Below are positions 53,517 to 55,970 of a stretch of DNA of 55,970 nucleotides, in pieces. Source of the DNA: a virus (Duplodnaviria; Caudoviricetes). Numbering within the stretch: the first letter of the stretch is position 1; each line of letters starts with the position of its first letter. The stretch spans positions 1 to 55,970 of the IMG/VR virus record IMGVR_UViG_3300035125_000018; one strand, 5' to 3'. A program made the translations under genes and the position numbers. The notes beneath the pieces are model-generated. The model saw only the letters and a list, made by a program, of their open reading frames with translations, was not told the origin of the DNA and searched no databases.

Positions 53517-54263
53517 ATGGGTATCTCACTCAGAAACAAGGTTGCGCTGGCAGATCTTCAGAAGATCGTGATGCCGGAAAGGACCGATACCTACTGCCCG
53601 ATCAGCCACTATGATCTGGCGCAGAATATCCAGAAGGTGAGTACGGATCTTCTGGAACCGAAGGGCTACGTTTTTGTGGATGCAGTCTACGGCACGGCCA
53701 GGGAAGGCCAGCGTGTATTCGGACTGTTCCGGTACAAGAACGGTGGCGAGGAAACCGGAATGGCGATCGGATGGAGGAACAGCTACGACAAGAGTATGTC
53801 GGCTGCCGTTGCGATCGGGGCAAACGTGTTCGTGTGTGACAATCTCTGCATCCACGGAGACATCACCATCATGCGCCGGCACACGAAGAACATCGAGGAC
53901 GATCTGGTGCAGTCCATCATCAACGCCCTCTACAATGCCACGACCAGCTATGAGCATTTCATGGAGACAGTCAAGCTCCTGAAGGATGTCGGAATCTCCG
54001 ACAGGCTCGGATACGAAATGCTCGGAGTTCTCGTTGGGGAAGGCGTGCTCACGCCGACGATCTTCAACGAGGCCATGCGCGAATGGAAGAAGCCCTCGCA
54101 TGAATCCTTCCAGCCAAGGAATGCCTGGTCCCTGTATAACGCCATTACGCACGGACTGAAGCAGGCGCCGCCGCACAAGGTATTCGAGATGCACCGTGGG
54201 GTACATGACGTATTCGTGGCAGAGTTCGTGGCGCAGCAGCCGGACTCGAAGGAGCCGTTCTGA
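53517..54263 (+). CDS. DUF932-family protein, tail ...DSKEPF
   Basis: TYCPISH, GWRNSYDKSM, VFVCDNL, RRHT, NAWSLYNAIT. Confidence 0.8.
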   Translation: MGISLRNKVALADLQKIVMPERTDTYCPISHYDLAQNIQKVSTDLLEPKGYVFVDAVYGTAREGQRVFGLFRYKNGGEETGMAIGWRNSYDKSMSAAVAIGANVFVCDNLCIHGDITIMRRHTKNIEDDLVQSIINALYNATTSYEHFMETVKLLKDVGISDRLGYEMLGVLVGEGVLTPTIFNEAMREWKKPSHESFQPRNAWSLYNAITHGLKQAPPHKVFEMHRGVHDVFVAEFVAQQPDSKEPF

Positions 54264-54574
54264 TGATCCGTGAGTTTTTCTTCGCCATCAAGGACCGTGC
54301 AGCCAGAGGTCGGAACGGTCTGTTCCGGCCTCACAAGGCTGTCCTGCATTACCACGGAAACGGCAGACTCTACCTCGAGATTCTGTCCAAACGTGCAGGA
54401 AAGCAGGCTCCAATCATAATCCCATTCGGAGTATTTGATGCTCTCGAGATGGGAGATGCCTTGGTGAGTTTGGCCAGATCGGCCAGCATCAAGAGTAGTA
54501 GGGCCGCCCCGAAGGACGGCCCAAGCAACGAAGACCCGGAGGCCAGATCCAGGGAGGATCTTCCAGAGAAATAA
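54263..54574 (+). CDS. Hypothetical protein
   Basis: TGATG coupling. Confidence 0.5.
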   Translation: MIREFFFAIKDRAARGRNGLFRPHKAVLHYHGNGRLYLEILSKRAGKQAPIIIPFGVFDALEMGDALVSLARSASIKSSRAAPKDGPSNEDPEARSREDLPEK

Positions 54575-54635
54575 CATTTGACAGTTGTGGACGCAAGCGT
54601 TAAATTGCCAGAGGCAACGAAGAAAGGAGGGCTCC

Positions 54636-55529
54636 ATGCAGCTCACCAATAAGCACGGTCTGTCGCAGGCGTGGATGAACGCCGTGAAGGCCGACGACGA
54701 AGCGTACGACAAGGTTGGTTGGAGATCAGTAACGAATCTGATCTCGCCTGTCCGTGCTTCGATTCTCAGGGAACGGCACGATGAGGAAGTCGTGGAGGAT
54801 GTATCCGATCGTATTTGGGCGCTGCTCGGAAGCGCGTGCCACTACGTTTTGGAAAAGGCAGCCGACGAAGATTCTCTGACCGAGCAACGGTTCACGATCG
54901 AAGTGCTCGGGAAAGAGATCAGCCTCAAACCCGACAGAGTAGAGGTAATCCCGAACACGGATCCCGCAGAATACCATCTCAAGGATCTCAAGATCACATC
55001 GGTCTGGTCCGTGATTCTGGATACGAAGATCGAATGGGTTACGCAGACAAACATCTATGCGTATGCCCTTCGGACTATCGGCATCAACGTGACTCGGATC
55101 TCCATGGAAGTGCTGATGAAAGACTGGCAGCACAAGGAGGCCATTCGGGACAAGACCTATCCCCAGGACAAGGTTGCTGTCGTTCCGATCGAAGTCTGGA
55201 CAGACGAGGCTGTGAAGGAACTTCTCGAGAAGCGTGTCCGTGCGTTCCTCGAAGCAGAGGAAATGGGCGATGCGGACCTGCCCGAATGCACGGAGCAGGA
55301 GCGTTGGGCTCGGCCCGACAAATTCGCGATAACGAAGAAAGGAGCAAAGCGAGCGACGAAGGTGTGTGCGTCAAGACCCGAAGCCGAACGGTACATGGAG
55401 GACAAGGGATACACGGAGTCCACCCATGAGATCGTGTTCCGTGCCGGGACAAGCGTGCGCTGTGAGAAGTACTGTTCTGCAAAGCCATTCTGCAATCAGT
55501 ACCATGAGAACGTGAACCCCGAGTTCTGA
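54636..55529 (+). CDS. PD-(D/E)XK exonuclease (Cas4-like), partner of the RecT-like annealase
   Basis: SVTNL, GSACH, EQRF, PD...DLKIT, QTNIY, C-terminal RCEKYC..KPFC. Confidence 0.8.
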   Translation: MQLTNKHGLSQAWMNAVKADDEAYDKVGWRSVTNLISPVRASILRERHDEEVVEDVSDRIWALLGSACHYVLEKAADEDSLTEQRFTIEVLGKEISLKPDRVEVIPNTDPAEYHLKDLKITSVWSVILDTKIEWVTQTNIYAYALRTIGINVTRISMEVLMKDWQHKEAIRDKTYPQDKVAVVPIEVWTDEAVKELLEKRVRAFLEAEEMGDADLPECTEQERWARPDKFAITKKGAKRATKVCASRPEAERYMEDKGYTESTHEIVFRAGTSVRCEKYCSAKPFCNQYHENVNPEF

Positions 55530-55536
55530 GGGAACC

Positions 55537-55970
55537 ATGGCAATCGAACAGAAATATCTGGACATCATCGAACAGTGTGAGGCAAGGCAGGACGAGCTCT
55601 CCGAATGGGAACGTGGCTTCGTTATGGGCGAGCCGGGGAACAAGAAGAAGCCGCCGATCAAGAGCCGCCCCTATCTCTCGATGGGCCAGAAGCAAATCCT
55701 CGATCGGATCGTGGTCGAACGGTTCGAAGGAGGAAAGTGGGACAACAAGAAGATCCGCGTGGATTACGGAACGGTGAACGCGGTTCGTACAGACGATGGC
55801 TGGAAAGTCTTGGTCGCAGACTATCCAGTTGGATTCGGAATAACACGGAAGGAGGCTGTGATAGTGACGGCCTGGCTCAACTCAGCTCTGCGTGCGATCC
55901 TGAGTGTGCCGACCGAAGAACTGCCAGATTTCCTCGACGGCCAGAAGGCCGAGGTTCCCGAAGAAGGGGA
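55537..55970 (+). CDS. Hypothetical protein (163 aa) spanning the junction and ending at TGA 183-185; acidic tail ...EEPDNDDEPF
   Basis: Manual translation MAIEQKYLDII...; open across the repeat; lies between the exonuclease and the annealase; missed by the linear ORF track. Confidence 0.85.
   Translation, partial: MAIEQKYLDIIEQCEARQDELSEWERGFVMGEPGNKKKPPIKSRPYLSMGQKQILDRIVVERFEGGKWDNKKIRVDYGTVNAVRTDDGWKVLVADYPVGFGITRKEAVIVTAWLNSALRAILSVPTEELPDFLDGQKAEVPEEG
55844..55970. repeat. Terminal direct repeat, identical to 1-127
   Basis: Exact copy of the first 127 nt. Confidence 0.97.

Noticed and set aside
54636-55529. CRISPR-Cas system suggested by the Cas4-like nuclease
   Set aside because: No repeat-spacer array or other cas genes; context is an exonuclease-annealase recombination module
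1-55970. Apparent abundance of GATC, TCGA and CCGG palindromes
   Set aside because: Not quantifiable by eye and plausibly due to codon usage (ATC, GAT, CTC-GAG); needs a k-mer calculation

Overview
The window is a complete, circular tailed-phage genome (Caudoviricetes, podovirus-type layout) of about 55,843 bp. Bases 1-127 repeat exactly at 55844-55970, which is most likely an assembly overlap, and one ORF runs through the junction. The + strand arm (46640 to the end, then 1-6055) carries small early genes, a ParB-family protein, DUF932, a PD-(D/E)XK/Cas4-like exonuclease, a RecT/Redbeta-like annealase, DnaB, a resolvase-like nuclease, a stand-alone NrdJ C-terminal (TSCPD) domain, MazG and an H1-like basic protein. 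The - strand arm (46103 to 6194) carries a lipoprotein, a minimal PolX, TerL, portal, scaffold, a Cys-rich major capsid protein, a fibre/decoration block, nozzle/adaptor, ejection proteins including a 2899-aa giant, a protamine-like protein and a permuted papain-like peptidase. I saw no integrase, replicative polymerase, primase, canonical SSB, canonical endolysin, tRNA or CRISPR. Most unusual points: (1) nine genes of the tail-fibre block start with classical Sec signal peptides although several carry phage fibre motifs, and in the proteins I counted the Ser/Thr-Asn dipeptide is strongly enriched only in signal-bearing ones. This suggests virion appendages that are exported and possibly glycosylated before assembly. 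(2) Seven unrelated proteins end in Pro-Phe, mostly after an acidic stretch, resembling the SSB C-terminal tail. (3) A three-hairpin leader in front of the capsid gene has a loop that can pair with the start-codon region. A PVC-group host (Kiritimatiellota/Verrucomicrobiota) is inferred only. All family calls are from motif recognition by eye, not database searches.
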